From positions 22,632,001 through 22,696,000 of the forward strand of contig NW_024704742.1 in NCBI RefSeq assembly GCF_018977255.1: 64,000 bases of DNA, in the 5' to 3' direction. Positions 23,265 to 36,860 of this stretch are shown here, in pieces. The DNA is from Callorhinchus milii. Taxonomy: Eukaryota. Numbering within the stretch: the first letter of the stretch is position 1; each line of letters begins with the position of its first letter. A model generated the notes under the pieces. That model made no database searches and was not told the origin of the DNA. It was given only the letters and a program-made list of their open reading frames with translations. Both the position numbers and the translations under genes were made by a program.

Positions 23265-23889
23265 TTGTCCTTCAAAGAAATATTGTAAAGATTTTGTCGA
23301 GCCTGTTTTGCTTTGATAAGATGAAGGATTTTAAAGCTCCCTCCTCCCTTTTTGGAAAATCCCTTTACCAGTTCTGCCAAAATAAGGATGTCTTCTTAAT
23401 AAGGATGCAAAAACAGTGCCTTACTTCCAATCAATATAATAACCAAAACCATTAACTTAAACACTGTGGTTGAGGAGGATTGTGCTGTGCCTTGGGACGT
23501 CCTCCTGACTTGAAAAGCACTATACAAATCTAATTTTGTTGTTGTGTGCTATTGCACTGTGTCCTTCAGTGGTCAGGTCGGAATTTATCATTTCTCCACA
23601 TGGATTGCTCTTATTCTAGGGTTGTGCTGTCAGGGGTTCTTACAGGGGAGGAGAAGGGAAACAATTGAGGAATGCTTCTGGTTATGATATTGATTGGAAA
23701 TAAGGCACTGTTTTTGCATCCTTATTAAGAAGACATGTTATTGATACAATGATTCTATCTTAGTCCTTCAGGCTGTAATATTACTAAAAACCTAACTGAT
23801 TACTGTTGATGGATGGGCACTTCATTTGGACCTTATAGAAGTAGTTATTCATAATAATAATAAATTTTGTTTGGTCAGCTGAGTATCTT

Positions 23890-24160
23890 GACACCCGCTG
23901 AAACCCATCACCATGCTTAAGAGGATCCAAACCAAACTGAGAATTCCATGCATCTTAAGGAAATCCCAGAGATAGATTGTTGGAATAAAATGCACACTCT
24001 CTCCCTGGAGGGATATATCCTGCTTACTAATCCCGGAAAGCATTAGGCACAGGTTGGCAAAAGCCAAGGTTTGGGACCTCAGTTTGTTGGGGTACTGCTG
24101 AAGTCGAACCAGCTAAAACAGTATGGTCGAACCAGCTAAAACGACTGGTCTGCCCTTCGC
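23890..24160 (+). repeat. Unclassified interspersed repeat, copy 2 of 4
   Basis: ccatcaccatgcttaa...ctgagaattccatgcatc...ctctccctggaggga...ggcaaaagccaaggtttggga matches the 8205 and 31125 copies. Confidence 0.75.
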
Positions 24161-26134
24161 AGGGGTGCAGGGGTGGTGGGTGAGATGGTGGCTATTTGTG
24201 GGATCATTACTCTATGCTTGGCTTCTGTATTTCTGTGTTTGGCTGCAAAATACACAGTCACTACACTTTACAGTAAATCCTGTAAAACACTTTGAGACAA
24301 CCTCTCAACATGAAATACATCATATCAAATGCAAGGAGTATTATTTTAGCTAAGTTTAGGAGGGGTAAGGCATTCCTTGCAGCTGTGGTAACAATTCGAC
24401 AATTAAACCTGGTTATTAACATTTATCACAGTTGAACTTTCGTTAAATAGAGTGGAGTCATGAGAAGTTAGTCAAAGAGAAACTATCTTGGCATTTTCCT
24501 GCAAGTTTCTGATAACCAGTTTTCAGTTCATTGAAAGTTGTGGCACAGATGTTAATCATGTGTAAGCTAAATGATTTTAATTGTGCAGACGGGCTCCACG
24601 TGGATCAATTAAACACAATCTAAAAGTTAATTTGACAGCGTAGGTGATGCAATGGAGCCTCACGATTTTAAAGCCAAGGTAATTATACGATTGCTTATTT
24701 CAGATCATTTAAAACGTAGCACTTGATCGTCTCCAATTTGACTTTCATGGTTGTTTGTTGCTGGGACCTGTTTCTACCAGACTGACAGTAAATCTTAAAT
24801 ATGTTGAATAAGTGTTGCATTTCTAATGGCGCAGTTATCATTATTACGCTTCTCAAAAGTATCCTTAAACCGGAAAGTGATGGTGCTGGAAGGGTAGCGT
24901 CTGGGTTTGTGGCTGCAGTGTGCATGTGTGCACCCCATTCAAGAACTCAACCAGGGGTGCTTTGTGGAGGCTTTGTGTGTGTGTGTGCATACCTGCCTGT
25001 ACGTACCTGTGTGTGTGGACCTGTGTATGCGTACACTATTCCTGATCTGAACTGGGAATGCTTAGTTGAGGCTTGTTGGTTTCTTTATAGGTGAGAACAA
25101 TGAGAGAGCCGATGATCCCTGTATTGTGCAATCTGGTCTGTGAATCACATCATGTTCCAATCTAAACCTCTCAAACTATAGAGAGAGACAAACTACAGTG
25201 GTTTGATTTATAAGCTTTCTGTGTTTATTAAAACTTCTATAATTCCCAGCCTCTTTGAGAGCTTGTTATTTCCATCAACCATCATTATGTTTGCAAATCA
25301 ATTTAAGTATTTCCATGGAAGCAAGCATCAACATAATGCTCCCCAGCATTAGTACTTTCATTGGAAATGGTAGACTTTAGTTGGGTTGGTTTCATATCAA
25401 CAATTTGCCCTTGTACAGCATCATTCATGTAGTTGGATAGTGCTTTCAACCTTGTTAAATGTCTTTCAAAGTGCTTCACAGAGATGGAGTGAGAGCCTGA
25501 GTAAGATGGGAGACAGAGGATAGGAGAGAGATAACCAACAGCGCAATTAAAGATAGGTTTTTAGAAGCATTTAAAAGTGGAGAAGATTTGAGGCATTCTA
25601 ACAAATTCTAAATCTTCCATTTTGAAGGGGTAAGAATTATGGGAGATCTACTTGACAACTACTTGTACAGAGATTTCTTCTGTCAGCTCTAATAAATAAC
25701 CACATGTTTGACTCTGAAAAGTGCACTCAACCTTGGCAATGTTTTCAGTCTGCACATTCACATTTATTTGTTTCATTTTATTTGTTATCCTTTGAAATCT
25801 CTTTACTAATGGACCACTTCCTGTCAAGTTCAGACTGCCTATTAAATACGTATCAATTACTTGACACATCTGAAACATTCACAGTCCAAATGACTAAAGA
25901 GAAGTGTTTCTACAACAGAGAAACTATATACTGGCAACATGTTACAATGGATTTAGACTTGTTACTTTGTTTGTGTTGGCTTTGTCTCTTAAATAATATT
26001 GGGGCAATCTATTGTCTCTTCCAAGTGATATCTTGGTGCATAGAAGTGACTCTTGTTTGCCTCAGAAAAATGTGATTTTAAAATTGGGGTGGGGGAGGTA
26101 GAGGAACGATAGCAAAACATTGCGTGTACAGTGG

Positions 26135-26330
26135 AGGTGCTTTCCCAACAAGGACCACTCTACCTGTTGAGGATTTGGCTTGCAGGGTTAACAGGAACTG
26201 AGTAGGATGATTCTTTGCCCCCAGTGACGGGTCTGTCCCTCCAGTCCTTCCGAATAGCCAGGCTGGCTGGGCTGTCAACAGCAGTGCCCCGCAACACTGC
26301 AGACCAGCCTGGCTCAGGGACTGGACTACC
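26135..26330 (+). repeat. Unclassified interspersed repeat, copy 3 of 4 (may extend further 3')
   Basis: tttggcttgcagggttaacagg...gtaggatga...cagtgacgggtct...agccaggctggctgggctgtca matches 8480-8600. Confidence 0.7.
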
Positions 26331-29300
26331 AACACTGCAGTAGGGGGTTGGCTTGATTTGGATATTCTGTTACCAAAAGTCACCTTGGAGCCAGTTCAGC
26401 TTCAAGGAGACCCCGCTCACCTTGCCCATGCAAGGAGGATATTCCTTGCGTGGAGAGGTAAGGTCACTAGTTGGTCATTTGACAACCGACAAGTGTGTGA
26501 TTGAGCCCTCTCTAGGTGGATGGCAGATACCAGCAACTCTTTGCAAGCTTCCTCTCAGCTCAGCATGAAATGTGTGAGAGCATTGCCGCCATCTTCCTAT
26601 CTGTAGTTCTCACGCACATCCCTTCCTCATTCAGCAATGATTCCACCAGTTGGAGGCGCAGAGCTTAAGCAGCAGCTGCTTACTTCTCTGCAACCCAATC
26701 CAGGTGGATTCCAGTTGCTGGACGTACGACCATGTGTCATGAACTTGGACTCCAGGTAACACCTTCCAGCAGTTGTTGTCCCAGGACTCAGAGTTTCCTC
26801 ATCAGCTACCTGGCGGGCATCTGCCTTCACCGTGGTAGTTGGCCTTTACAGAGCAGCTTCTGAACATGATGTCCAAGTCCAATACCACTTATCAGGTTTA
26901 GAGCAATAGAATATTCCAAGGCAGAAATGGACCATTCATCCTATTCAGTCTGGGCTGGTCTTTTTCTCCTTTCTTCGCCACTGCGTCTAATCCCATTCTT
27001 GCTCCCATTGCTTTATTGCTTCCCCCCCCACCCACAGTGTGGTGCCATAATGCCCTTTTAAAATAATTTATAGACTGAAGTTTGTGACGGAGAACTCCAC
27101 ATTCCAACTAGGCTCTGCGCAACGAAATAATTTTTGAACCTCCTTTAATTTTTTTATGTTAGTTTTGTACCTTTGTGTGTGCTGGCTGGACTCAGATATG
27201 AAGAATGGACACTGAGTGAGATACTGAAGGGAAGCTGGCATGTATTGAACTGTATCTCAGCAAGGATTTGCACATTTAGGAAAAAGTGAAAGTTAAAAGT
27301 AAAACTGGTGCCAGAGAGAATTACATTCCACAAAGTGCATTTTTTCCTCTGTGCTAATGCACAGGGAGGAAGTGTTTTGAGCACGTCCTACTGGGTTTTG
27401 GCTCTTGTATAGGGGGATGGATGATGGGCATTCAGACAGCAGTTAGCGACAATTCGCAAGCCTGTTTCAGCGCAGTCAACACAACCTTTGGCTGGTGTTC
27501 ACAGATAAAACAGATTAAAGTTGTTTGTAATCTTTGCATTTCAGTTTTTTTATTGTTTTACATACAATTCAGTACAAAAGGTCTACTCAGCATATGCATG
27601 CTGGACTTTTGGCTGGCAGCATCAGGATAAAAGGTTGCATTGTTACTGGGGCGCTGCAAGTTCAGGAAGACTTGGTGGATGGGGGGGAGCTGACCGGCAT
27701 GGCTTTCAGTTGCTAGGAGAAAAGGGACTATGCTTTTGAGTGGCTTAAATCATTGAATGCACATATGTGAAATGCACCGAGTATTGTGCCACCCAGCGGT
27801 TTTCTATTTCCACTCTTGCTCTGAGTTGTAATGAGGACAAGACCATATGATCTGATAATATTAAAGGCCTGTTTGTAGTTGCTGAGTTTACTAGGCCACA
27901 AATTGCTCCCACCCACTGAGCGAACCCTGCTCCTCAGTCTATTGCTATTATCGCTGACCCTTTTTTATGTATTACCAGATTTTATTCTCCGGATGTGTCT
28001 TGTGATTTTGTTTTAGTGTATTCTGGCACTGGATATTATGAAAATGTTGGTTGGTGGGGGTATGTTTTTCTTGTGTACAATTACACCTCTGCTCTAAACA
28101 CTAATGTGATTAAACAGACACCATTAGATGTGTGATTTAGTCCACTCATTTAGGCGGTTGCAAGTTTTTTTTCATAGTACTTTGAGGTGAGTGAGAAAGT
28201 TTTATTTCAGCGGGTTACTCAGTATCATGAATTGGTTCCTGTCCTGTTATAAAATCATGGCCAAAGTCCGATTCTTAAGTCAGTTGGTTATTCTAGCAGC
28301 TTCCATTGCTTTAAACTTTATTAAGTACACACATTATCCCAGGAACAATGATCCAAGTTAAATTAAAAAGTTGAGATGCCGACTTGGTGCCAAAAAGTAA
28401 ACTTTTCTATTTATTCCCCCGATTTTACATCAGCTCCTGATTAGACAATTAGTATTAATCAAACCTGAGGTCAGTGTGACACTTTACTGTCAGGAATGAT
28501 ACAGAAACGCTCAGATGGTCTATAGCTGACCATAACTGTTCTGGTCGGGTATAAACCTCCTGAACCTTCCTGGTTGTATGGCTCAATACCTGGCTCTATA
28601 CCGTGTGCTTGCCCTATACATTACTGTATTGCCACAGGCACTGTTGTAATTGCTGACTCTAAACCAATTTTAAAGCAACCGTCAGATCTTATTTTTATTG
28701 TTTTCACTATAGAATCACCTGAACCAAAACTGTTACAGAAGACAGGTCTTAGGTCTTGGTGAAGCACTTCATTGATTACAGGAATCTAAGAACAGAAGAA
28801 CGTTGTTTGCTTTGTTGAGCCAGCTCTTGTCAGTTTATTAGTTTGTAGCCAACTCCCCCCCGCCCCCATTTCCCTGCCTTTTCTCCATAGCCTTTAATAT
28901 ACCTTGACTTCCCAGTGTCAAGCTGAAGTTGTAGCTTTAAGTCAATGATTAAATTTTTTTTTCGCTCATTCTGTCCCCAATCTCCATCCTGGAGTGTCTG
29001 TGCTTTATTTAATACCTATCTCTTCAACTGTGTTTTTGCCCATCTTTTTCCACTCCCTCACTCCCTACAAGCTCGAGCTCCCAATCAGATGTGTGAAATG
29101 CTTTGAGACTACCTACTGATGTGAAAGCCGTTATCTCTATGTAAATTCTTGCTGAAGGCAGTGCATAACAAATGAGCATTTAATAACTGATCAGGAAATA
29201 TTAGGGGCACACTGCTCCAGGAACAAACTTGTCAGGTATTGCATCCATATTGACTCCCTCATTTTGTCCCGTGAAATTTGGGGTGGGGTTGCCAGTTGCT

Positions 29301-30629
29301 TCAGCAAGAGGAGACAATTTCTCGACAAGAAAATATAGCTGAAAATAAATCGGGTGAGCACAATTGTGCACTTTGCGTTAAGTTGAAAATTGTGCTGCCT
29401 TTGGTATTGAGCAGATCAAGCTGGGCACATTAGCACAAGAATCTGAAAGCTGGGAGGAATACTTAGTGACCTGCTCCAGACTCTTATTGGTGAAGCTAGA
29501 TTTACTCAACACTCACTTTGATTAATTGTCTTACTCAAGGAGTAGCTTACAGTTCAGGAAGCCACGAGATCTGAGATGAGATCTGCCCTGAAATTTCCTC
29601 TTGCTGTTTTTTTAAAGTACCCAGGCAGCTATCTTTTCTTCTTGTCCTGTTCTTGGCCTTGCTGACTCAACAACAACAACAACGTGCATTTATACAGTGC
29701 TCTTCACTCGCGGCAGCGTCTCTGAGCGCTTAACAGTGGCACCGTCAGCTTGGGGAAAGGAGGGGGTGACTGCCAGCACCTCAAAAGCCCATGCAGTATT
29801 TCTCTCTCCTTTCCCCTCACCCTGAATTTGCTCTTTACTTTCAACTGAGGGCTTGATTGTTCTAGACACTTCTGTCAGTTGGAAGGAAAGCGAGTGGACC
29901 AGATGTCTCCCTTCGCCCCCCCAGTACACCTGTCGGGGCAGTCTGGCAGCTGCATTGCCTGCAGTGAGGCCTGTGGTCCAGACTGTGCCGTGCTGTTACA
30001 GACAATCGAAGAGTTTGTAGGAATGGAGCACCGATACAACTGTAAAACAGTAAGCTGATAGACTAGCATGAACATGGGTGAACTGTACTCTGAATCGTAG
30101 TTCATGAGGGGAGTCTCTTTTCCAATAGTTATTTTTGGTATTGTTTTCCCTGCCTGTTCAGACTAGCGAGTCTGCATGTTCCTTTGATAGGATTTCTGCT
30201 GGCAATAGTTGAGTGTACACTAAATGCTATTATATGGCACATCAGGGACTGTTTAGTAATTGATGAAGACATCGCTAATTCCCTGTGTGCTACAGAATAG
30301 TAGTGTCCGAGAGGAGGATAACAAAGACTTTCAGTGGGAGGAAAAGAGTCAGACGTGTCACACCCTACAGAAGAACGCCTTCAGTCCACTGAAACAATGT
30401 GCATTCTTGCTAAATCTTTATCTTTTCTTTATCTTAATTGGATTGTGTAAACTGCAGTCACTCAGGAGAGCACAGCAAGGGGGTATTAGCCATTGAAACG
30501 GCTAAGCACCACATTTGGTTTAGTGAAATTTTGTGGTGTAAGTGGTGAAATGCCTGGATGAACTGCATGAGAGAAGGGGAGGGCTATTTACTACTGCTTT
30601 AAAAGTGGGTATTGAGTCAAGCAAGTAAG

Positions 30630-30765
30630 CTTGAAACTAGGGTCCCCTCACCCTGACCATTTCCCCCCTGCTCGGGTCATGACCCAACTGTGCAGCGCCT
30701 TGGGACGTCCTCCTGACGTGAAAGGCGCTTTATAAATGGAATCTTGTTGTTTGTGTTGTTGTTGT
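30630..30765 (+). mobile_element. Short L2 3' tail insertion
   Basis: gcgccttgggacgtcctcctgacgtgaaaggcgctttataaatggaatc(ttg)n. Confidence 0.8.
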
Positions 30766-31124
30766 AGGGAAAATTCGCAAGATCGGTTCGGATTCAGGTT
30801 TAGGTGTTTATTCTCTTCTCTACGCTCATACTGGCTAATCGTGATGCATAGAAATGTATTGCACTAAGTGCTTTTGTTGCAATTCACTTTTAAGTAATTA
30901 TTGTGCTGTGATGCAGGGAAAGCATTCTTATTTCAACAACTGCCTGAAAGCATATCATTTTGTAATAGTCTTTCAGTTCTGCCTCCACAATTAAATTGCC
31001 TCCTTACATTCTAATTCTCCTGCTTTCATCCACATCACTCTGCATTAATAAGATCTAAATCATTGGCCTCATTTAAATCAAACAAGTCGGGTACCTTTTC
31101 TACCTTGCTGAAAATAATGTTCAT

Positions 31125-31605
31125 GTCCGCAGAATTCCAGGGCACTGCTGATGACAAGACAGCCAGCCTGGCCCATCAGCAGGACCTGGAAGGGCAGACC
31201 AGTCAAAGGGGCCAGGGAGTCATCCCACTTAGCTCCGCTTTACTTTACAAGCCAAAGCCCTAACGGGTAGGGTGGTCCTAGCTTGACAAGCAGCGGGAAA
31301 GCTTGTCAGACAGTGCTATCAATGGCGACCTATGTGGGTTTAGCTGATTAGACTTGAGCAGTACCCCAACACACACTCAGGGTTTCCCAAACCTTGGCTC
31401 TTGGCAACCTGCGCCTAAACCTTTTCAGAATTTGGGAAGCAGGATGTGTCCCTCCGGGGCGAGAGGGTGCATTCCATTCCAATAATCTACCTCTGGGATT
31501 TCCATGTGTAGATGGGATGCATAGAATTCTCAGCTTGGTTTGGATACTATTTAAACATGGTGATGGATAACCGCATGTGTCAGACATCCGGCTGACGCCC
31601 CCAAA
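31125..31605 (-). repeat. Unclassified interspersed repeat, copy 4 of 4
   Basis: Reverse complement of the 8205/23890 family: cccaaaccttggct, aagcaggatgtgtccctcc, gatgcatagaattctcag, catggtgatgg. Confidence 0.75.
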
Positions 31606-32502
31606 AAGCTGTGCATTCCACATTCAGTGGCCTCTTGTGTGTGAAAGTTTCTCTCTGTTCTGACTGGCTTAACTCTAATTTTAAGATTTTGAACCACGGT
31701 AATTGGTTGAATAGGTAAATGGGGATGCTGAGAGTCAACAAAAGAGTCTATAGTCAGAGGAGTAAACCAGGATAACTAAGATACTGTTTAGAAAGCATGA
31801 AAACTTATGTTTAGTAACTTTGAATGTACCTTTTGCACTGGTAACATGGACATTTACATGAAGTGGTCACTACTTTAAAACATTTGCTGCTAGTTTGGAT
31901 TTGGAATTTACTTTAGCCTAGAAAAATGTTGTGACATACCCCTTGTTACGATACAAACTCGGATAATTTGTATGGAAATTAGGCTATTATTTGGCCTTTT
32001 GAAATCTAATGTTCATTGTTGCAGGTTGAGCTGGTGCAATGTCAAGCGAATCATTAAATCTTCTTGTTGATGATTACACTGATCCTTTACCAACAGCTTA
32101 ATGTGGGAATGATTATCCCAGTGGAATGCTGAGAACGTGAATAACTTGGTGCCCAGTGTTGCCACTATCCCTGATGTGATGGGTTTAATCTGTTTGGATT
32201 GCTTCTTGTGAGCTGAAAAATCTATTCAACTCTCTTGCCCTGATTTGAGTTGAATCTCCCGCTCACCCATTGCAGAGAATTGCGTACAACAGTCTTGAGA
32301 AATCTGTAGGCTGGACTGTTAAGATTTAACTAGGTGGATGTTAATAGGCTGTTACCGCTTGTTGGTTATTCCAAAATTAGGGGGTATAAATATAACAACA
32401 ACTTGGATTTATATGGTGCCCTTTACGTGGGGTGGCGTCTTGGAGTGCTTTAAGATAGCCAGTAGCAGATCTAAAAGGGAGTTTAGAAGGAACTTGTTTT
32501 TT

Positions 32503-32811
32503 GGAGTCCTGTACCTCTGTGGTTAGAGCACTCACCTCGCAAGCGAGAGACCTGGGTTTGATTCCCGGCAGGGCAAAACCTTGGGCAAGTTTCCTTACTC
32601 CACACTCCTAATAATAATAATCCCTCAAGAAAAAAAGCAATAATAAATTGTTCACTTCAATCCACAAATTTTTGTGGGACACTGCTGTGTGCAAATGGCT
32701 GCCGCATTTCGTCCACAAAATATACACTTTACAGTATATTCCATGAAGTTCTTTGAGACGTCTAGAAGTCATGATAAGGTGCTATATCAAATGCAAGGAT
32801 TACTGTTATTA
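32503..32811 (+). mobile_element. tRNA-Ala-headed SINE, short subfamily
   Basis: Head, body and tail as in the 22941 copy. Confidence 0.85.
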
Positions 32812-32883
32812 TGCAGAGGGTCATGAGAATGTAGAACTCATTGCTGGACACTGTGGTTGAAGCAAAAAACATCATCATATTTA

Positions 32884-33015
32884 TAATAATAATCCTTGCG
32901 TTTGATATAGCGCTTTTCACGTCGGGAGGACGTCCCAAAGCGCTTCACAGAATATACTGTAAAGTGAATTGACTGTATATTTGTGGGCGACCGCGGCAGC
33001 CAATTGCGCACAGCA
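32884..33015 (-). mobile_element. 5'-truncated young SINE inserted into a CR1 3' remnant, with 7-bp TSD
   Basis: Minus-strand SINE tail and body flanked by ATATTTA at 32877-32883 and 33016-33022. Confidence 0.8.
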
Positions 33016-33529
33016 ATATTTACGAGGAATCTTGACGCATAAAGAGGAAGAAGGAGTATAGACGCTGGCGCTGACTAATTGGGCTGAACGGCCTATTTAT
33101 TTATGCTGTAGTGTGCTGTCTTGGTCTCCCAGCAGCATGAAGAAGAAAGGTTTATGAAAAAATTATTTTATTTGCTACTGTAGCTCAATGGGAATGAGCT
33201 ATGTTGGCTCTCAAAAAGACATTCCTCTGACATCAGTGAGATATCTCCATTAAGCAGATCTTGTGGACTGGGAAATCTTTTATATCTGTGGAGTACATTG
33301 AAATTACATAGAGTGATCTCAATATGACTTCTCAAGCTGGCCTCTCAAAGGATACTATTTATTACTATTGATTATTGTGAGACCAGTGATAGAGTGGGTC
33401 TGATGGGTACCAGTCTTTTTGTCCCAATGTTGAATCTGCTCGGCACTGAACACTGACTGTTGTATGTGGCTGTGAAATGTTTTTGAAGTTTGCCCATGTT
33501 AGCTGACTGGTTTAAAGCAATAAATCACA

Positions 33530-33790
33530 TCCCAGCCCGACTCAGTTGGTAGCATTCTGGTGTCTGTTCAAGCCCCAATTCAGCACTTTGAACTCAGTCT
33601 AGTGCTATAGAGTGCTCAGGAAGTACTGCATTGATGGAAGTGCTATCCTTCGGATGAGACATTAAACCCACGTTTCGTCTGCCTGTTCAGGTGGACGTTA
33701 AAGATCCTACAATACTATTTGAAAAGATTCGGGAATTTCTCCTGGTGGCCTGGCAAACAGTGCCCCAGATAAAATTGGTCATCCACTTTG
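33530..33790 (+). mobile_element. Deu-domain SINE, 3'-truncated
   Basis: ttcggatgagacattaaacc...gtctgcctgttcaggtggacgttaaagatcc...actatttgaa...tttctcctggtggcctggc. Confidence 0.72.
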
Positions 33791-34056
33791 GATCTGCGAT
33801 GCTCGGTGAAATTAGACCCCTTTAGCGTCATCTTCACCACTTGTTCTTTTCCTGTTCCCCACCCACCCTCCGCTCTGCCCCACCCCATCCCACCAAAGCA
33901 CTGATCTGCAGGATTAGAACTATTTGGAAGATTAAAATACAATATCTAGAAGATTCTTCAAGAGGTGTTCCCCTTCTCATTATACGAATAGAAGCTCATG
34001 GATTCTTGAATGAGACCTGATTAAATCTTCATGCCTGTGGCCAGATGCTTTTATGA

Positions 34057-34380
34057 TAATAATAATAATAATCCTTGCATTTGATATAGCGCTTTTCACG
34101 TCTTCTAGATGTCTCAAAGCGCTTCAGAATATACTGTAAAGTGAATTGACTGTATATTTGTGGGAGAAACGTAGCAGCCAATTGCACACAGCAGTGTCCC
34201 ACAAAGAGTTGTGGATTGAAGTGACCAATTTATTATTATTGTTTTTTGTTTTTGGAGGGATTATTATTAGGTGTGTGGAGTAAGGAAACTTGCCCAAGGT
34301 TTCGCCCTGACCTGCCTGGAATTGAACCCAGGTGTCTCGCTTGCAAGGCGAGTGCTCTAACCACTGAGCTACAGGACTCC
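34057..34380 (-). mobile_element. tRNA-Ala-headed SINE, short subfamily (opposite-strand SINE 3' half follows at 34495-34660)
   Basis: Full reverse-complement copy ending ctaaccactgagctacaggactcc. Confidence 0.88.
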
Positions 34381-34999
34381 ATACTTGTATCTCTTTTGTT
34401 TTGTTTTTACAAGTAAATGGCTTGTTTTTTGATGCCTGCTATAAATGCAACCATAGGAAGGTTTGATTATTTTAATGATTGTGAGAATGAATGTTATGCT
34501 CAATCCACAACTGTTTGTGGAACACTGCTGTGTGGAATTGGCAGCCGCGTTTTGCCCACAAATATACAATCAATTCACTTTACAGTGTATTCTGCAAAGC
34601 GATTTGAGATGTCTGGAAGATGTGAAAAGTGCTATATCAAATGCAAGGATTATTATTATATTATTAAAGTGCTGTAGTCTTGTGCTTTTTTTTGTTGTTC
34701 AGTCTGGTGTCTAACACAAAGGGAAACCATGCTTAAGAGACTGAGAGTTTCACATAAGCCACCCACACAAGGAAATTGCCTCTGTGACTGGAAATCTTGC
34801 CATGTTATTGCAAAACTCGTGTTGAAATGAGATATTTAGAGGAAGATTGACACTGGGTTTTGCATTCCCATGACTGTCTGTCAGTTTGTGCGCTGTATCT
34901 GAATTACTAAAGGAAACAGCTCAGACAAGTTTCATTGTTCTGGATGAGGCTGGAATCCTGGTCCCATCTGCAAAAGTCCCCTGTCCAACTCGCTGCAAT

Positions 35000-36860
35000 G
35001 TCGTGAGAAACCTCTCTGTGGCTTCTGATCACCAGATCGAGGGGGTCCGTGGTCACCTGAACTCCTTCCCCTCTGGGCTTCCCCCTGCAAATGACCTATC
35101 CTCCTTGGTCACTCTTCTCCACATTTCCCTCTCCTCCACTCTTGATTCCCTTGTGCCCCTCTCTTCCCAAACCATCTCCTATTCACGTAAGTCACCATGG
35201 TACACCAGCCACCTCCGCTCCCTTGAAGCACAGGTGCGTGCTGCTGAACATACCTGGCTTAAATCAAACTTAACGGTCCATCGGTAGATGTGGCTGGACC
35301 TTATCAAATCTTACCACTCCGTCCTCGTCCTCGCCTCCGCTAAATCTTGGAGGCCAAGGACAACCCCAAGCTCCTCTTCTCCATCACAAGCCAGCTCCTC
35401 CACCCACCCTCTCACGTCTCGTCCATCCTCATCTCAAATGCCAACTGTGAGGCAATGCTGGACTTCCTCGAATCCAAAGTCGAGGAGATCCACTCAGCTG
35501 CCTTTGACATTCCGTCTACTACACCCTTCCAATCTCCCCCTCCCACCCCAGGCCTTACCTATTGGACCCTCCACACCTTTGAACCTGTCTCCCACTCCTC
35601 TCTCACCATCACTCTAACCTGCATGAAACCGACCACCTGCTCCCTTGACCCCATCCCTACCCCACTCCTTACTTCCCAGCTCCACCTCCTTGCCCCTCTA
35701 CTCACAAACATCATAAACCTCTCCCTGTCCACTGGTGCCATTCCCCACCCATTAAAAACGGCCATTATCACTCCTATCCTTAAAAAACATCATCACATAC
35801 GGTTTCTCCTCTAGCCCCTGCACCATCTTGTGTGGTGTTCCTCAGGGCTCTGTTCTTGGTCGCCTCCTCTTCAATACCTATATGCTCCCACTTGGTGACA
35901 TCATCCACAGACATGGGGTCAACTTCCACATGTATGCAGATATCACCCAACTCTACCTCTCTGCCTCCACCCTAGACTCCAGGACCACTGCTGTCCTGAC
36001 AGAATGTCTGTCGGACATCAAGTCCTGGATGAGAGCTACTTTTCTTCAGTTGAACGTCAACAAGACTGAGGCTCTCCTCATCGGCTCCCGTCAGTGCCTC
36101 CACATCTCAGGCACTGACAGCATCATCATCCACCTTACTAAGCCAGTCCAGAACCTTGGCATCTTCTTTGACCCTCAACTATCCTTTCTACCCCACATCC
36201 GTGCCATGATCCGCTCTGCCTTCCCCAACCTCCACAACATCGCCCGGCTCCACCACTGTCTCGCACCAAGGCTGCCGAAATCCTCATACGCGCTTCACTA
36301 TGCAAACGTTTTGTTTGTCGGCCTCCCCAACTTCTCCTTCCATAGGCTGAAGATCATCCAGAACTCTGCAGCCCGTGTCCTCTCTCGCACCAGGCTCCGT
36401 GACCCTATCACCCCCATCCTTGTCCGACTCCACTGGCTTCCAATCACATAGTGGATACAATTCAAGATCCTGGTCCTCACCTTCAAAGCTCCATGGTCTT
36501 TCTCCACTGTACTTCCGCAACCTCCTGACCCCCTACCATCCTGTTCGCTCCCTCTGCTCAGCAGGCTCTGGCCTGCTTCACATCCCCCGCCTCGCTTGCC
36601 CCACTATTGGCGGGCAGGCCTTCTGCAACTCTGCCTTCACCATCTGGAACTCCATCCCGCAGTCTCTCCGCTTCGCCCTCTCCATTGCCGCCTTCAAGAC
36701 CCATCTCAAGACCCTCCTCTTCCCCCTTCTCCCCCTCCCCCCCTCCCGCCCTCCACCCTCCCCGATCCCAACCCCCAGCTCGGGTCCGAACCTCTGTCTA
36801 TCCAGCACCTTGCGACGTCCTCCCGACGTGAAAGGCGCCACACAAATGTAATTTTGTTGA
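35000..36860 (+). mobile_element. L2 LINE, long 5'-truncated ORF2 remnant with tail
   Basis: [61 protein letters not shown]; stops and deletions; stem-loop tail. Confidence 0.92.

Noticed and set aside
29878..30055. Exon-like stretch ending ATGGAGCAC...ACA|GTAAGC (alternative first exon?)
   Set aside because: The donor would be phase 0 while exon 2 needs phase 1, and the peptide is not recognisable.
35828..36451. Intact reverse transcriptase gene (also 12025 and 56479 ORFs)
   Set aside because: Fragmented by stops, frameshifts and deletions, with YADD altered to YADI in this copy; dead L2 remnants.
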